A stretch of 64,000 nucleotides of DNA from Epiperipatus broadwayi. Taxonomy: Eukaryota; Animalia; Onychophora. The DNA lies in the NCBI GenBank assembly GCA_028023455.1, contig JAQFVV010000005.1, forward strand, positions 15,066,001 to 15,130,000. The letters are read 5' to 3'. How positions within the stretch are numbered: position 1 is the stretch's first letter; each line of letters starts with the position of its first letter. Shown here in pieces: positions 37,178 through 52,399 of this stretch. The position numbers were made by a program, and so were the translations under genes. The notes below the pieces were generated by a model. The model made no database searches and was not told where the DNA came from. It saw only the letters and a program-made list of their open reading frames with translations.

Positions 37178-40100
37178 CTACAAAAAACAAAATAACAATA
37201 ATTATTTGAATACCATATTAGCATTTTAATAAAAGCAAATTTGACTGCTAACATATCACTTCACAAATATATATGTATATTAAAAAGTATAATGATTATA
37301 ATACAGCTGTTTAAATTACAACTTCACCAAATGCCACTCTTAAATGAATACTAGTTTCTAACCACAAAAAAAGCAAGTTATAGATGAATTTTGTTGTGGT
37401 TATATAAACTGTGAAACATAAAAACCCCTACACCATATGCTAGTTCTTTATTCTGTTTAACATCTTAGGATACTTCAACTTCTTCTAAAAAAAACTTTTC
37501 TTCAAATTACCCAATTACATCTTTTAATAACATTATGATATTTATTAAAAGCAACATTAGAAATTGATACTGGTTCTTTATAAGATAAACAGTAACATAA
37601 CAGTTAACAAATGGTTGCTTATTTACAACAAAATATTTAAAATTGTAATTGCAAATTGTATAGATTGTTTCATAACCTCGACAATAAACAAAAAAATCCA
37701 TATTCATGTAGAAACAATGAACAAAATTAATTATTACTAAAGCATTCAACACAATATATAGCAGTTAAGAAATAAACTGATACAAGTTCCTTCTTAGAAA
37801 ATATAAATTACTTGAGGCAGGAATTGAAAGCAGCTCAGAGATGTTTGAACCCATTATTAAAAAATAGTGATAGCTAAAATCTGTTAAAAAAGTGTGAGAA
37901 AAGGAATATAAAAATAAAAAAATCAGATTACTTAAAAATAAACAATTAAACCCCTAAACGAAATCTCTAATGAAAATAAGATGTTAAATATTGATAAGAA
38001 TAATTTATTAAAGACAATCTCTCTGAAAGTAAATGTTATTCGATTATTTATCTGTGGTGACAATAATGGGTGAAAAAATACAAATATCCCATTTAAGAAC
38101 AAAAATTCTACGTTTGCATAGCAATATAAATTAAAAGTTAGAATATGTAATATTTACTTTGAATATTTGCTTATTAATCTATCACTCAATATAATTAAAT
38201 AAAGAATAAAAATTTATGGCAATATTTTAATTCTTGAAAAATTTAATTCTATTCCTAAATCAATTTAAAATATACAATTATCACAATGTTTCAACTATTT
38301 AATTATAATCATTCTCAAAGGTAAAAACTATAATTCTTTAAAATAACCATAACAAAGTATATTCACAAATATATATTCTTACATCTAAACATCTTCATAT
38401 AAAATTCTTTAATACTATAAATATTCAATTAATTGTTCATAAGTTTAATATATCAAAAATAAAAAATATCTAAAAATAATTTACTTAAATAATATACTCC
38501 TCCTCTATTTAAAATCTATTGTAATAAATGTTCAAATCCAGCAATTACATTAGGCTTAAATATTATTTTTAGTCATTAGTCATTTTTGGTATGTTAAAAT
38601 TATACACAATTAATTATATTTACAATAGTAAGAAATGTGAATAAATTTAGCCATGTTAATGTAAACATAATTCAACATAAATATTTTATATACAAATGCA
38701 TTATTATTATTTTTATATAATTACAATTTTTTTATTCTTGAGAATGACTATAATTAAAGTTGGGATAACTGTATATTTTTGAAATTAATTCAGGAATAAA
38801 ATCAAATTTTGGAAAAATTTATATAGTTCTTTAAATGAAAATTTTTAATGGAGAGTATAACTTATGCAAATTGTAAAACCATTAACTTTTTGAGTAAGAT
38901 TTCTGTAATTTTCACTACGTCACTCTCATGCATCTCTAATCTAATGAATGACTAATAAAAATTATTAATAACTTTATGAGATCTTATTAATAATTTGACA
39001 AAATATTATTATTTCAAAATCTCTGGTTCCAGGGTTTTTTGATTTATGAATTTTAAAAATTTCAAGTAACAGATTTTTTATCTTTTCATTATAAGCCTAA
39101 ATTATGCTACAACAACAAAAAAGGCAATTCACTGCAATTAGACATTAAGCTATAGGTTGTCAGTGAATGTTTTTTTTAACCGCAAATACATGTACAAACT
39201 AATTATTTATTGTAAAAGATCAACATTGAAATTTTGTTAAGATAAGTTTTTGAATAATGAGTGTTTGGATTAATGGTATTCTATTTATATAATGAATAAA
39301 ATAAAAAGGAAATTGCATAAAATCAGACAGAAAGAAAACAAATTATCTAAAAAACTATATGCTATTAATAGATATCAGGATGCCAAATTAGATAATTCAA
39401 TTTTAAAATTCATTTCCAAAATAATAAATATTTTTTGAGCCCAGATAATTGCAATTAAATCAATTAGATATGCAATATATTTCAAGATTTTTATATAGAA
39501 AAATGTCAATTTTGAGTATTTTATGAAAATTGAAAACTGAAATAAATAATAAAGATCTTTTGTCTATCTCTGTAGATGTAAGATACAGATTAAAATATGC
39601 AATTTCAAAATAAAATTCTGATTTGCAATGACATTCTATTTAATACTTACCTTTCTTTTTGCATTGCTTTTATGAATAATAAAATCTTTTTTCTTTGCCC
39701 TTCTAAATTTATATCATTTGTTATTCTTTCTGCTCTTTACAATTTTAATAGATTTTCAACAAGACTGTTAGATAATTAAAACTAATAAGCAAAATACATT
39801 AAAATATGCAAAAAAAGAATACATTATTTTAAATACCAACTTAAAATCTATCTACATGGCAATAAACTGGTCTATTATTTGAACTATAAAATCACTTTAT
39901 CCAAAGCTAATCAAAAAAAAATTTTTTTTAACTTTTTACAAAGTACTGCTATTTCATCGACAAATACTAATAAGCAATGTGCTGCATCATAAAGATAAAA
40001 AAATTATAGAAAAAACACTTAATAGTTTTCCTTTAAAGATTGTATTAACTATGAATCTGGATTTAAGCCACATTAATCAACAATGGTCAAAATTATTAAT

Positions 40101-40299
40101 TACCTCCTACTATGTATAAAATTTATCAAAGTCTACAATAGACATAAAATAGTTAATATATTTAAATTTAAGAACTTTTTTCCAGAAGAGTTGAAGAATA
40201 CCCGAAACAATTTCTCACTGATTAAAAATAGAAAAAAAATCTGGTCATCTAAAAAAAATGCATAGGTATGTTTCAATTATGATTCAGATGAATTCATTT

Positions 40300-40700
40300 A
40301 GTGGAATACATAGCAACATGGACAAGTATTGATCATGGATATATTTTCTATGGAAGGTGAGAATGAACAGAAACATCTAAGAAATTTCAAAAGATTGTTT
40401 CTTTTAATTAATAAGCAAAAACTATACATACATAAAATCTGGTTGTGAATTCCTCTCTTTAGCATTCAAACATTCTTAACTGTTAACATAATTTTTCATC
40501 ATTTTCCCATATCTCCTGCAATCTCTTTCCATTTCCACTTTTTTCAAATTCTTTCATTTTCATTTTGGACTTTTTCCTCGCACTTGCAATTATGCATCTA
40601 CTTAAGCTATTATTTTTCATTCTTTTGATATATCAAAGCCATCTTACATCTGCTGAATTTAATAAGTCAAAAAATCATATTACACTCATAGCATTCTTTA
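40300..40700 (-). mobile_element. Decayed RTE LINE 3' end fragment
   Basis: Minus strand resembles the RTE C-terminal R.RW.G.I.RM...GR...W region; heavily degraded. Confidence 0.4.
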
Positions 40701-43547
40701 TTTCTATTCACTGATGGTATTTAACTTTACTTGTGAAAAAAAAAAAAAGATCAAAGCTAGTTGTTAACTTTTACTAAAATAATATACTGAAAATGTAATT
40801 TGGCTTTGAGTGTATAATGCAGATTATCTACCTTTATATTTATTTGTCTAGTTCAATAATAATTATATATTTGTAGTTTGAAAAAGTTTTAATATACCTG
40901 ACATTTTATAATTTGGTAATATACATGACAAAATTTGTGGGTCGCTGCTTAGGCTATAAATCAATTGTGGTAATGTCATTATATAAATGTTAGAAAGCAT
41001 TAAAAATAGTTATGACATAAGTATCCACCTTTTCTGCTTTGTAAACTTTTATTAGACTTAAGTTCAAAAGTTTTAATATCACATATTTTATTGTAAGAAA
41101 AATACTTCTTTAATATTTTAATTTCTGTAATTATCTACATAAAAAAAATCTTTATTTATATATTTTGTATCTAGTACTATAGAAATCTTCTGTTCACTAT
41201 TACTTAGTTCATAAAAAATAACAAATGAATAAAAATTAATAACTCTGTAATTACTTATAGCTAAACTAATACTAACTGAATATATAAGTATAGATGTAGA
41301 CATAAATTAAAGTTAAAATCAACTTGTCATGGTCATCGCACATTTTACACCCTCCATAAGAATTAGATTTAAATTATATTTATAACTTATTTTACAAACA
41401 ATGTAAAATAATAATGAAAAAATATGGACTAAAAATTGACCAATATATTAATGACAAATATTACATTTGTTAAATTTCATTATATGGTAAAGACTAGTTA
41501 CTCAACTCAATACATTTCCCAAATGGTAACAAATGTGTAAGAGGTTTCTTGGACTTATTAACCATCTTGGCTATAGGTGACTCAAACAAGAGCCAATAAA
41601 TTTCAAGTCCCCACACTACAACAATCAATATATATTATACAGGTAGAGTATTACTTATCAGTTAAGGCTAATCCAGTCTTATTAGTTGCAATTGACAAAT
41701 TCTGATCCTTAGATTACAATACTACAAATACTAGTTATTTACACAAAATAATATTACTATTATAAAATTTCTATTGCAATTTCTCAAATAAACATTTCAT
41801 ATTAATATCATTAATTTTTCTTAGCATTTTTTTTATTTATTTATTAGAGTCCAATAAATAAATTCTATTGTTCTTCAATGTTGTAAAAGATTATTTCTTC
41901 ATAATTCAAAACACAATAATTTGCCATAAAAAATTCATTGAGTCATTTGATCTTTTAGCTCACAAATGCCCAGTTTGCTTCATTTAGTGAAGGATATTAT
42001 TTTTCAATTTAAAGTTTATTTCAAATATCGATTCAGTGAGCCACTGATTTTTGACATTATCTTAGCTCAGAAACAATAATTTTTGTCACATAATTTGCCT
42101 TTTCTTTTCATATCACACTATCATATTCCTGAAATTAATGTGTATATGATAAATATTACAATTTTAACATTTACAATAATTTTATGTCTATAAATTTTTA
42201 TAATTTACAAAATACATTCTAAACAAATGTGCATTTTTTATCAACTATGCATGTTACTACTAACAGTTTTTATAAATATTCTTACTAAAGCAATGTAGTT
42301 ATTTATCATTGTCTAAACTTAATAGTTCTTTTGTAGCAATGATGTTAAACTATTCTTTATTAAGAATTTCATATATATAAGTAAATCAATCTGCTAAGGA
42401 AAAAATTCACCAAAAAATTCCCAAAGATATATGAAAAAAAAGGCATTATCAATTGTGAAATTGTTGGATAGTAAAGTTTTAGCAGATTTTCATTTTACTC
42501 TTTAGCGAAAAATAATTTACCTTAGTTAAGAAATAGCTATAACACATACATATATATATATATGTTAAAGGAAATTGGTTTTTGAAGTGAATGATGGGAA
42601 GGCTATTTTGTTTTGTATATATATGTATCTTGTTGAATTTCATTTGAAAATATCTATTTGATAATAGATGAAACCCTAGTTGTGGAAGAATTTTAGTATA
42701 ATTTTGTTTTTTGGTGGTATTGTAATGTGATTTTCTATTTTATATACAGATGTAATACCTAAATATATGAATATGGTAAAAGCAGATGAAAAAGAATACA
42801 ATATAATTATTGAAAGCATTTTCATTATTTAAACTTTTAATTAAAAGTTAGTGATTCAGATATTGTTTGCAATTTATACTGACTTTATATATATATATAG
42901 CGAGTCTCAAATATATATATATATAATAGTTCTTATCGTGACATTGAAATTTAATTTTAAATCTTCATTGATAGTGAAACTTAGATAATTAGAAACCATG
43001 TTAGAATAAGCATTTTAAATATATATATATGTATAAAGATATGTGCATACTACATATGTATTATGAACACAAAAATTAAATTATAGATAATTAATATTTC
43101 TTTTTCATAAATTTTACATTTTATTTACTATTTTTTTCAATCTTGAGTAACCAAAACAGCAAATGTAGAAATTGCTGTATACATGGGATATTATACATAT
43201 ATTTATTCTACAAAATTCAGATATGATATGAAAAAGATAATAAATTAATAAATACAGTAAACGAGAAAGAATAAAAAAGGTATATATTTTTGAGACACTC
43301 TTATGACACAAAGTAAATGATCCAGCAGCAATTTGGTTTAAAATTTTCAATCCAATATAAAGGTAATAACAAAATTTTCATAGAAAAAAAAAATTGTAGA
43401 TTGATTTTAAATATCAGCAATATAGTTTAATGAATCTTTTGAAGACTTCCCATTCTATTGTCATTTTTATTCCATGCATTTATTCTTTCTTGCACTTCAC
43501 CCATTTTAATTTCTATGCTGGTTTCATTCCATTGCCTTGTAGCTAGC

Positions 43548-46500
43548 TAGAGCTTCTCAAACTGGAAGCTCATACATATTGTCAAAAGCTATGAAAATAA
43601 ATTTCAAATTTTTAAATTAAAAAGATTTTTATATACAAATATATTTTTAAATTTTAATTTGAAAATGTAGATATTATGTTATATAGCGCAACCTAATAAT
43701 CACTGTTTATTTTACAATTCATATACATCAGTGCTATAAACACCAGGAAATACATTTACTTGCATGGTTCTTCATCAAAAATTTAACCATGACATGGATG
43801 TGGTTAATAAAAACACAATGTATTTGTAGAGATCAATCAGTTAAAGGCAATGAAGACACCAAATAATCCAAGCTGCTAGCAATGTTTCACATTTTACTAG
43901 AATATCCACATGCACCAAGTAGCAAATCAGAAAATAATATATGAAAAAATTTATAAATATGATCCTTCTTACTTGAAATATGGATTTGTGCCATCATATA
44001 ATGATCCACACAAGCCTATATATATAATCTGACGAAAAAAGTATTAAACACACAATCAAGAAAACTTAATCACCATCTAAAAAATGTGCATAGTGAATTT
44101 AAGAATAAGATTTTTTAAAAGGCCAATGAACTAAAATGGAAAACTAAGTTTTTTTCAAAGTTATACTAGCTTCTTTAGAAATTGCTTCATTAATTGCTAA
44201 AACAATTGGTGAAGATCTCATCTTACCAACAGCAATAAAAATTTGTGGAACTATCTAAGGTTCAAAAATATCAAACTTTAAAAAACATTCCTGTGTCCAA
44301 TATCACAATTAAAAGATGAATAGTTAGAATTGTCAACAATATATCTAAATTATTATTGCAAATCAAGAAAAATACTATATTTATCATTCAACTTGACGAG
44401 TCAACTGACAATATGAATGATCCTAATTTAACAGTTTTTTTCAAACACCAGTTTAATTTGAAGATTCACAGATCTATTTTATGAAAATTTCTCCAGTGTA
44501 ACTAAAAAATATATTTGAAAAGGTAATATTATAGAAAAACGTGCTTGAATGACCAAAGTGTACTGAGATTTGCATTGATGGAGCTGCAGCAATTACTGAT
44601 AGAATTTCAAGATTTATAGAATTAAAAAAGGTTTGTCTGAATGAAAGACGTTTCATTGCATTGTTTATATATAAAAAAAAAGTCTGACAAATAGAAGAAT
44701 CGCATAAAATATCATCATAAGAAAACTACTAAAGAGATTGCACAAGTTGGTGAGCTCTAAGATCTCAGCAGCCCACCACGCAATAAAAGGAAAAAGAGCA
44801 GTTAATGCAGTTATTGGGAACCAAGAAGCAATAAAATATGCAAAGGAACAAAAAACTAATGCAATATTATGTTATCAAAGTTGATTATAAGTAAACTTTT
44901 GATCTAGTAAATTGGTCATACTTAAAAAATAATAAATGAACTAATACCAGAACAAATTACTTAAGTAATGGCAGTATATCTTTAAAAAATTATATGACAA
45001 AATCAAACTCCTTTATTCTCAAAAAGGGAATCCCACAAGAATCACCACTAGCAGTTCTCTTGTTTGCAATCTATTTGGACCCAATGATTAAAGAAATACA
45101 AAACAAAGTTCCAGGCATATATCTACCACACTTGAGTGCAAAAATTCAAACAATTACATTCATTGACGACATGGTAATAATATTCCAAGATATTTACAAT
45201 ATGCAAATTATTATCAATTTACTTGAAAAGTTTCAAAAACAAATAAGATCAATAATACAACCATCGCTGCATGGCAATTAGCAACTAGGAAAAAAATTCC
45301 CAGTGATTTCCAGGCAAATCCATCAATGTTCCTAGGAATATCTTTATACCAATCAAAAATGAACAGATATCTAAACAAGCTAATCATTCATAAAATAGCC
45401 AAAAAAATAACTTTTCACCCATAAAACTATATGAAGTAACTAGAGCCAAAATATTTAATGGAATAGCCACAGGAATATTAAGTTACTACGGCACTTGGAT
45501 AAACCTATACAACAACACAGTAAACAAAATAAACAGAATAGTAAAAAAGTATATTTGGGGAAGGACAACCAAAATAATATCAATGGCAATGTTACAATTA
45601 CCAATTAATAAAATAGGGTTCAACGTAATAGATCTAAGAAAAAATGTGTGATTTATTAAAGCAAAAACTCTAATAAATGTAATAAAGACTTTCAATCCAC
45701 CAGAATGCGATAAAAAACTGTATAAAAAGATGGAAAAAGAAACAAGATCTTTGTGGTCGACTTACTTATAGCATATAAGGACTTACAAGATGAGCTAAAT
45801 ATGCCTAATTTAGAAGGACTAAAATACAGTATCATTAAAAAAAGTAACAAGAATCAGGAAAAATCATGGCTAAACATATCTGTAAATAGAGTTCCAAGAA
45901 ACTTTCAGTCAATTTATACACCCCAAAAATACATGAAAACAATCTATAAATTGATGAATGGGATACACGCCATGACAATGCTTTTAAATAAAAAACTACT
46001 TATGAATCTAGAACCAGGGTGTACAATCTGCAAAAACAGCAAAGAAACTTTTGCACACCTGGTCGAAGAATGTAGAGCGTTTAAACAAATAAGGATAAAA
46101 GTATTCAAAATCCCTATCATTAATCTAAAAAAATATGATTAACAAATACATCAAGATATTTGATCCACACAACGCAATAATACTTATCCACACAATTAGA
46201 ACAATTTGGGAAATAAGATGTTCATTAATATTTGATAATAAAAAATATAGTTGGATTAAAAAACTTGACAAAGGATGGGGAAAATACTTTGACCAATGCT
46301 TAAAATACTTACCAAGAAAACAAATGATTAAAACCTGGGTAGGAACAGCACTTACAGCATGCGAAATATGGCAATAAATAAGTTATGAAAAAAAGATATA
46401 CAATGGTCAAAGGCATAATAGCAACCAGCCAAAGATAAAATTAAGACATACTGATAAGCAACCAAGTGTGATACCCAATTACTAACACCCATTTATTAAG

Positions 46501-47623
46501 CTTAATATAAGGACATATAATTTATTAAAGTAATGTATAAAAAAATTGAAAGTAACCAAAAACAAAAAAAGATTGGAAAGCAACAAAACCTTGTAAATAT
46601 GTATATATATAATATCCTTTAATAAAGGTAAATACTTAAAAAAAAAAAATTAATTATATAAAAAGTTACATTAAGTTTCTAAAAAGAGTATTAATATTAA
46701 AAGATTAACTATGAATTTTTCTTCTTGGTAAATATCTCTCATTAGCATATCATTTGTCTAATCAAAATTAGATATGTTTGCTTTCTTACTTGGATTTTTC
46801 GAAAAAGTAAACAAATGGAATATTTCTCTGCATAAAAAAATACAAATATATTAATTCTAAATACAAAATTGAAATATTTCAAAATAAACTTTCTGCATAG
46901 TTAAAAAGTTTTAAAGTAATAACACAGAAATATTTGCTTCTCTCCACAAATTTCTTGAAGAAAATACTTTATTATCAGCACAAAGTACAAAAAAAAAAAA
47001 AATTAATCATATCACAAATCTGATGATTTTATTTGGAAAAAAAATTCCTAACTTAAAGAAAATAATGAATACAACTACAAAAGAACACCATTTGCTCCAT
47101 CTCCACAATTTAGTAAAGATTTGAGAACAGATTTATTCCTTGAATAGGAATTTTGTAATAAGGATTTGTCAGAATTTTGTGTCAAGCAACAAAAAGAATG
47201 TCATTTATTAGTTTTACTCACATCCACTTACCTTTGCAAAATTGTATTTTGATCACTAATTATAAATAAGCATAAGTTTTGTTCATCAATGGAATCATTA
47301 AAAAAAGAATTGCTGTGCAAATATTTCACATGTCATTGATTTTTGTTCTAGCAATATTCAAGCACATCACATTAAATTATTGTAGTTGAACTATTCCATT
47401 TTTGTTCTCATTATTAATAACGAATTTTGTGTTTTAATTTCATGATCTTTGTAATATTTGTAATTATTTAAGGAATTTGGTAAAAAAAATATTTAAATAA
47501 ACTAAATATAAATACAATAAAATTGTGTAACACTATACTATTAAGAATTTTTTCTTCCAGAGGCCACAAATGTTTCTAGATATTCTAGGGAAGCCGTTAT
47601 ATCAATAAGTTTGAGAAGCATTG
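43548..47623 (+). mobile_element. hAT Buster/Charlie-type DNA transposon relic, interrupted by a LINE
   Basis: TIRs tagagcttctcaaact / agtttgagaagcattg. Remnants include KYGF, ASLEIASLIAKTIGEDLILP, IPVSNITIKR, IQLDESTD, ICIDGAAAITD and HCIV before the LINE, and FFEKVNKWNISL after it. Confidence 0.85.
44690..46650 (+). mobile_element. 5'-truncated L1/Tx1-clade LINE (RT, C-terminal zinc knuckle, poly-A)
   Basis: KVDYK.TFDLVNWSYL, KGIPQESPLAVLLFAIYLDPM, TFIDDMVI, CTICKNSKETFAHLVEEC (CCHC), AATAAA then A-tail at ~46638-46649. Confidence 0.9.
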
Positions 47624-48719
47624 TTGTATTTGACTGTCATCCATTCTTTGTACATATATTAGATTGATCTAAATGTATACTATTTTCTATAGATCAGTTT
47701 ATTGCTCATCATAATTCTTATCATTATTTCATTATATTCTCATACATCAAATCCCTCTCAAGTCTCAAATAGACAGAATTAAAAAGAAATGATAAAAAGG
47801 AGCGGATAACAGTTTCATAAGCCTGTGAAAAAATGACACATCTGAGTTTTAAAAATGTCATAATATTGGCGACTACAGAGTTAGGGCATTGATAACCATT
47901 AAATAATCAATTAATGTTTCAATCAATAATCTCAAAAATGATAATGTATTAACCGAAAATAGAAAAATAAAATCTGTTAGAACATTCTGTAACAAGAAAT
48001 AATGTTTAATAAAGATATTAAGAAAGATTATTGTCACATACACAGCTCCAACATAATAACAGAGCTAATGACTGCAGAGCTCAATACATATTCCACTGTC
48101 TAACAAAATTTATTATGAGCATAAACAGTAGATGGCAGAAAGCAAGCCTTACAAAATAAATGTGATTAATACAAACAATTTGGAAAAAAGATCACAGTAC
48201 ATGAATTCATGTTATTTGAAATTATGCATACAATAATAATGAATTCCAATTAAATGAAAATCAAAAATTTAAATATAAGCTTTTAATTTATTTATTAGCA
48301 CAATATATCAGTGAAAGACAACAAAAATAAATTATTTCATCTTAAAAAATGGGATAATTAGGCTGCAAAAAGAAGTTTGCTACTAAATGATGAGAATAAT
48401 TCCTTTTTCTTTTCTTTGAGACCATAAAAGAATGGAGCAGAACAAATTCTTTAAGTCCATTCCATACATTCTTATCATTACAACTGTTATTATGTAATTA
48501 TGCATACAGTAAACTAACATAAATGGATTATTCACTAACACACATCAGACAACAAGGTTAGTTTATTGGTTTTTAGCATCCAAGTTTATGACAAAAAAAA
48601 AACTTTCTTTACAGTTGGCTAATAGTTTTTAAATGAAATGTTAGTTTTCTTAATGGCAAAATGAATATGTGTGAATGATTTTTATTATTATTAGATATTT
48701 ATAATCATAAAGACAAAAT

Positions 48720-49740
48720 TAAATAAATTATGGGCAAGACTGTAAAATGATCATTCAAGGCAGTGGTTGCAAGATAAAGACACAGGTACTAGAAGATTGT
48801 GATTCATATTGCCTATCGATGATAGCCTTTTACTTGCTACTTACAATTACAGATCACTTTCAAGTAAAGAAAGGTTACATAAAATGGAAAAACTGTCTAA
48901 TATTTGAATAGGCCATTGTTAAACTTTAAGAAGTTAGAAAAAAAAGTGAAAATACAACTGATTGAAAAAGGCACAATATTGTAAGGGCAAGTGGTATTTA
49001 TTAATAAAAAAATCAAGAACATTGTGGAGATTGACGGTACATCACACAAAATGGTAAGATTAATCATTCAATTAAATGGAAAATATGAAATGCAGATAAT
49101 TTAAGTTTATGTCCCAACAAATTCTCATTATGATGAAAAATAATGGATTTTTATATAAATGTACAAAGCGCTTTTTGATTGCACTAAACAATATGTTAAT
49201 ATAACCATGGAGAAATTTTAATATTGTAATTAGATAACAATTGAAAGATTAAAGTGCTGTAGATAAATTTGCCTTTGGTGACAAAATTGAGAGATCAAAA
49301 TATAGAAAACGCTTTTGATTGCATTAAACATTATTTTAATATTACCAGGGAGAAATTTTAATATTGGAATTAGATAACAATTGAAAGATTAAAGTGCTGC
49401 AGATAAATTTGCCTATGGCGACAAAATTGAGAGATCATAAGCTTGGAGAATTTGCAAAAATATTATACATTATGAATTTTTTCATTGACAAAAAATACCA
49501 AAGGAAATAGACATCAATGTGACTGGACTAAATTCTGACTAACAGAAAATATGTATTTCAAGATTTTATATGTTCTTAATAAATTCAATAAGGAAAGTGA
49601 TCATCAATTAAAGGATATCAAAATATGTGTCAATGCAAAACAAGAGAGGAAAATAATTAAAAATAACACTAGTGATACTTGATGCTCCTAATCTTCAAAA
49701 CTAATGATTTAAATTATAACTTACTAATAATTTTACAGTA
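48720..49740 (+). mobile_element. RTE (BovB-like) endonuclease fragment, same family as 61375-64000
   Basis: LATYNYRSLSSKERL, IIQLNGKYEMQII; 49530-49610 DNA matches 61990-62080. Confidence 0.75.
49169..49438 (+). repeat. ~141-bp tandem duplication within the RTE relic
   Basis: Two units of cgctttt(t)gattgca...gagaaattttaatattg.aattagataacaattgaaagattaaagtgctg.agataaatttgcct.tgg.gacaaaattgagagatca. Confidence 0.9.
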
Positions 49741-49779
49741 CTAGCAATCTATGAAAATGAGTGTTTATATGGCAATAAT

Positions 49780-50400
49780 ATATGTAATGATAAATATATA
49801 AAAGTAGAACAAGCAAAATATATTAGATATCTTGGAATAATAGATGAAAATATATTAATCAATAAATTTAGATATTTTATAATAATATTCTACAAAATCA
49901 AAGATATTTTTCCTTTAAATATTCTTATTGTTATATATAAATCTTTATGCAAATCTTTATTGAGATATGTAATAACACTCTATGGTTTTCCAAGCTTTTC
50001 TAATATTAATAGATTAGCATTACTGCAAAAAAGAATAATTGATCTAATAGAAAAAAAATATATCAGTAAAGAAAGAAGTGTATAGCAAAATAATTTTATT
50101 ATTCAATCAATTTTTGGATTATATAATTACAGAGAGAAAATTTTTTGATAGTACTTTCAGAAAACCTTATATAAAAAATTAAGGAAAACAGATATATACA
50201 TAGTTTCAAAATATTGTAATAAATATGAAACTAGAGTAAGAAATGATTATTTAATAATTTATCTATTAAATAGCTTGCAACAGTATACGGAAATAAAAAA
50301 ATAATAATTAAGAAATATATTAAAAAGGAGGGAAGGGAAAAATTAATATATAAAAAAAAATATGAGTATTTAATGTTCTTTATGAAGTATTATAACTATT
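49780..50400 (+). mobile_element. CR1/L2-group LINE 3' fragment
   Basis: KYIRYLGIID.., YKSLCKSLLRYVITLYG, RLALLQKRIIDL motifs typical of the post-RT region. Confidence 0.55.
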
Positions 50401-50879
50401 TTTCTTATTGCATTGCAAAATCCATATAATATTGATATCATTTACTTTTAAAAAAAGTAAATAATATTATATTAGCATTTTATAATCAATATTTTTATTG
50501 CATAATTAATATATTATTGAAATGTAATTGATTGTTATTATTATTAACATATTATATTATGTTTAAAATTTCACGTAAATATCTAAAATATTATTAAAAA
50601 AATTTCTTCTATATAAAAGTGCAACTAGGACTTAATAGAACATGAATGAAATTTGTATTTGTGTAAATATTTTGAATTGCATTCAAAATGAATTAATGTA
50701 ATGAATGTATTTATTTTAATAAACAATGTATTACGAATAAAAACAAAAAAAAACTTAAATGAGATCAACAAAAAAATAACTAATATTCTAGTAAGAATTG
50801 CAACAAAAATAACTGATACAAAATAAAAAAGCAACCATTTGCCAATAAAGTAAGAAATATGAAACATATTTAACAATAT

Positions 50880-52340
50880 TTAAGAACTAAATATCTGGAT
50901 TTCTGAAAAATAATACAAAAAAGAATTAATAATTTAAAAAATAAAATGGTGAATTGACAATGAAAATTATAGAAGAAAATAAAAGTTATAAAAATATCAT
51001 AGAAACAATGGAACTATTACTAAAATGAGTGATCTCATGAAAAGTGTAGAAAAGTTCTATAAAAAATTATATAGTACTGAACAAGAAAACAAAATAAGCA
51101 CTATAATTACTATATCTGCTATGCATTTTAAATGAAGAGGTGAGGCAAGAAATCTTATAAAGAAAGGAAATATTTCACAAAATTGAATTATCTTAAAACA
51201 AGCAGATGAATAAATAGACAAATTGCTAACAAAACTATGGACCAATATATCAGTGATAAAAATGAACCAGATGATTGAAGAATGCAGTAATAATACTGAT
51301 ATTTTAAAAAAAGACAGCAAACATTGGATTCTAACCAATGAAAAGAACAAGTTAGATTTAAAAATGATTTTAAACAATGGATTGTATTCAAGTATTGATA
51401 AGTTATAGAAAGAACCAATAAGCATGAGAAGTCACTATGGTTTAGATTTATAAATTATAAAAAGCTATTTGTTTCTATAAATATTTCCAGTGACTAAAAC
51501 ATTGAATCAACAAGAGTTAGAACCAGGATAGTCTTTCTATAGAATATTTATTAAAATGCAACGACACTAAGAATATTTACAATAAGTGTATATATCGCAG
51601 GGCGGTCCATATCTCAAAACATTTTACAGCAGTTTTATAAGTATTTTGTGGATTAAGATAGGAAGCTGGCAGAATAAAAATATATAAAAATTGTTATCTA
51701 CATAATATGATTAATTATGCAAATAATGCTTCACACTTTATTAGAAAATGTTACAAGAATTATCAAATGAAAGTAAAAATGTATGTCTAAAGATAAATAC
51801 TAAGATGATAAAAAAAAAATATGAGTGATAATCATAAATTAGAAGTTAACAAGATAAAATTATCTTATTTATATTATTATAGATGAAAACATAATGGATG
51901 AAATAAATCAGAGTTCATTAACTTGGGTGTTTTTGTTAGAAATAATTTAATATTAAAAAGGTATTTTAATGTTTTATCAATTTTTACTCATGTATCTGAA
52001 ACTTAAAGACACTAAGAGAAGAGAAATTCAGACTCCAAAACAGATGTATTTTGGAATATCAACAAGGGATCAAAAGACAAATACTTAATTGAGAGAGCAA
52101 TAAATGTCATTGACATCAATGTAGAATTAAAAGTGAAATGGAGATGGGTGGACATATTGCTAAAATAAATAGTACATAAACAGTCATAAACCGAATAAGA
52201 TTATAAAAGATCCTAGAAAAGAGACCACGTGTGATGGTTGGGTGGAATAAGAAAGTTTGTTAGTGTGCTGTGAAGAAGAGAGACTAGAGATTGGAAATAA
52301 TGGATTACACTTACGAGAAATCATCTTACAAAGAATTTGT
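50880..52340 (+). mobile_element. RTE LINE RT and 3' fragment
   Basis: The 3' part (aaagtgaaatggagatgggtggacatattgct...gagaccacg) matches 63770-63960. Confidence 0.7.
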
Positions 52341-52399
52341 AATGATTGAAAGTGATTTTAAAAATTTATCAATCTACTCCGTTTACTTTTTCTTTAAAT

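Noticed and set aside
37507-43350. Many 60-130 aa ORF-track entries rich in F/I/L/N/K, here and elsewhere in the window
   Set aside because: Composition reflects AT-rich non-coding DNA or the antisense strand of LINE relics; no motifs or splice support.
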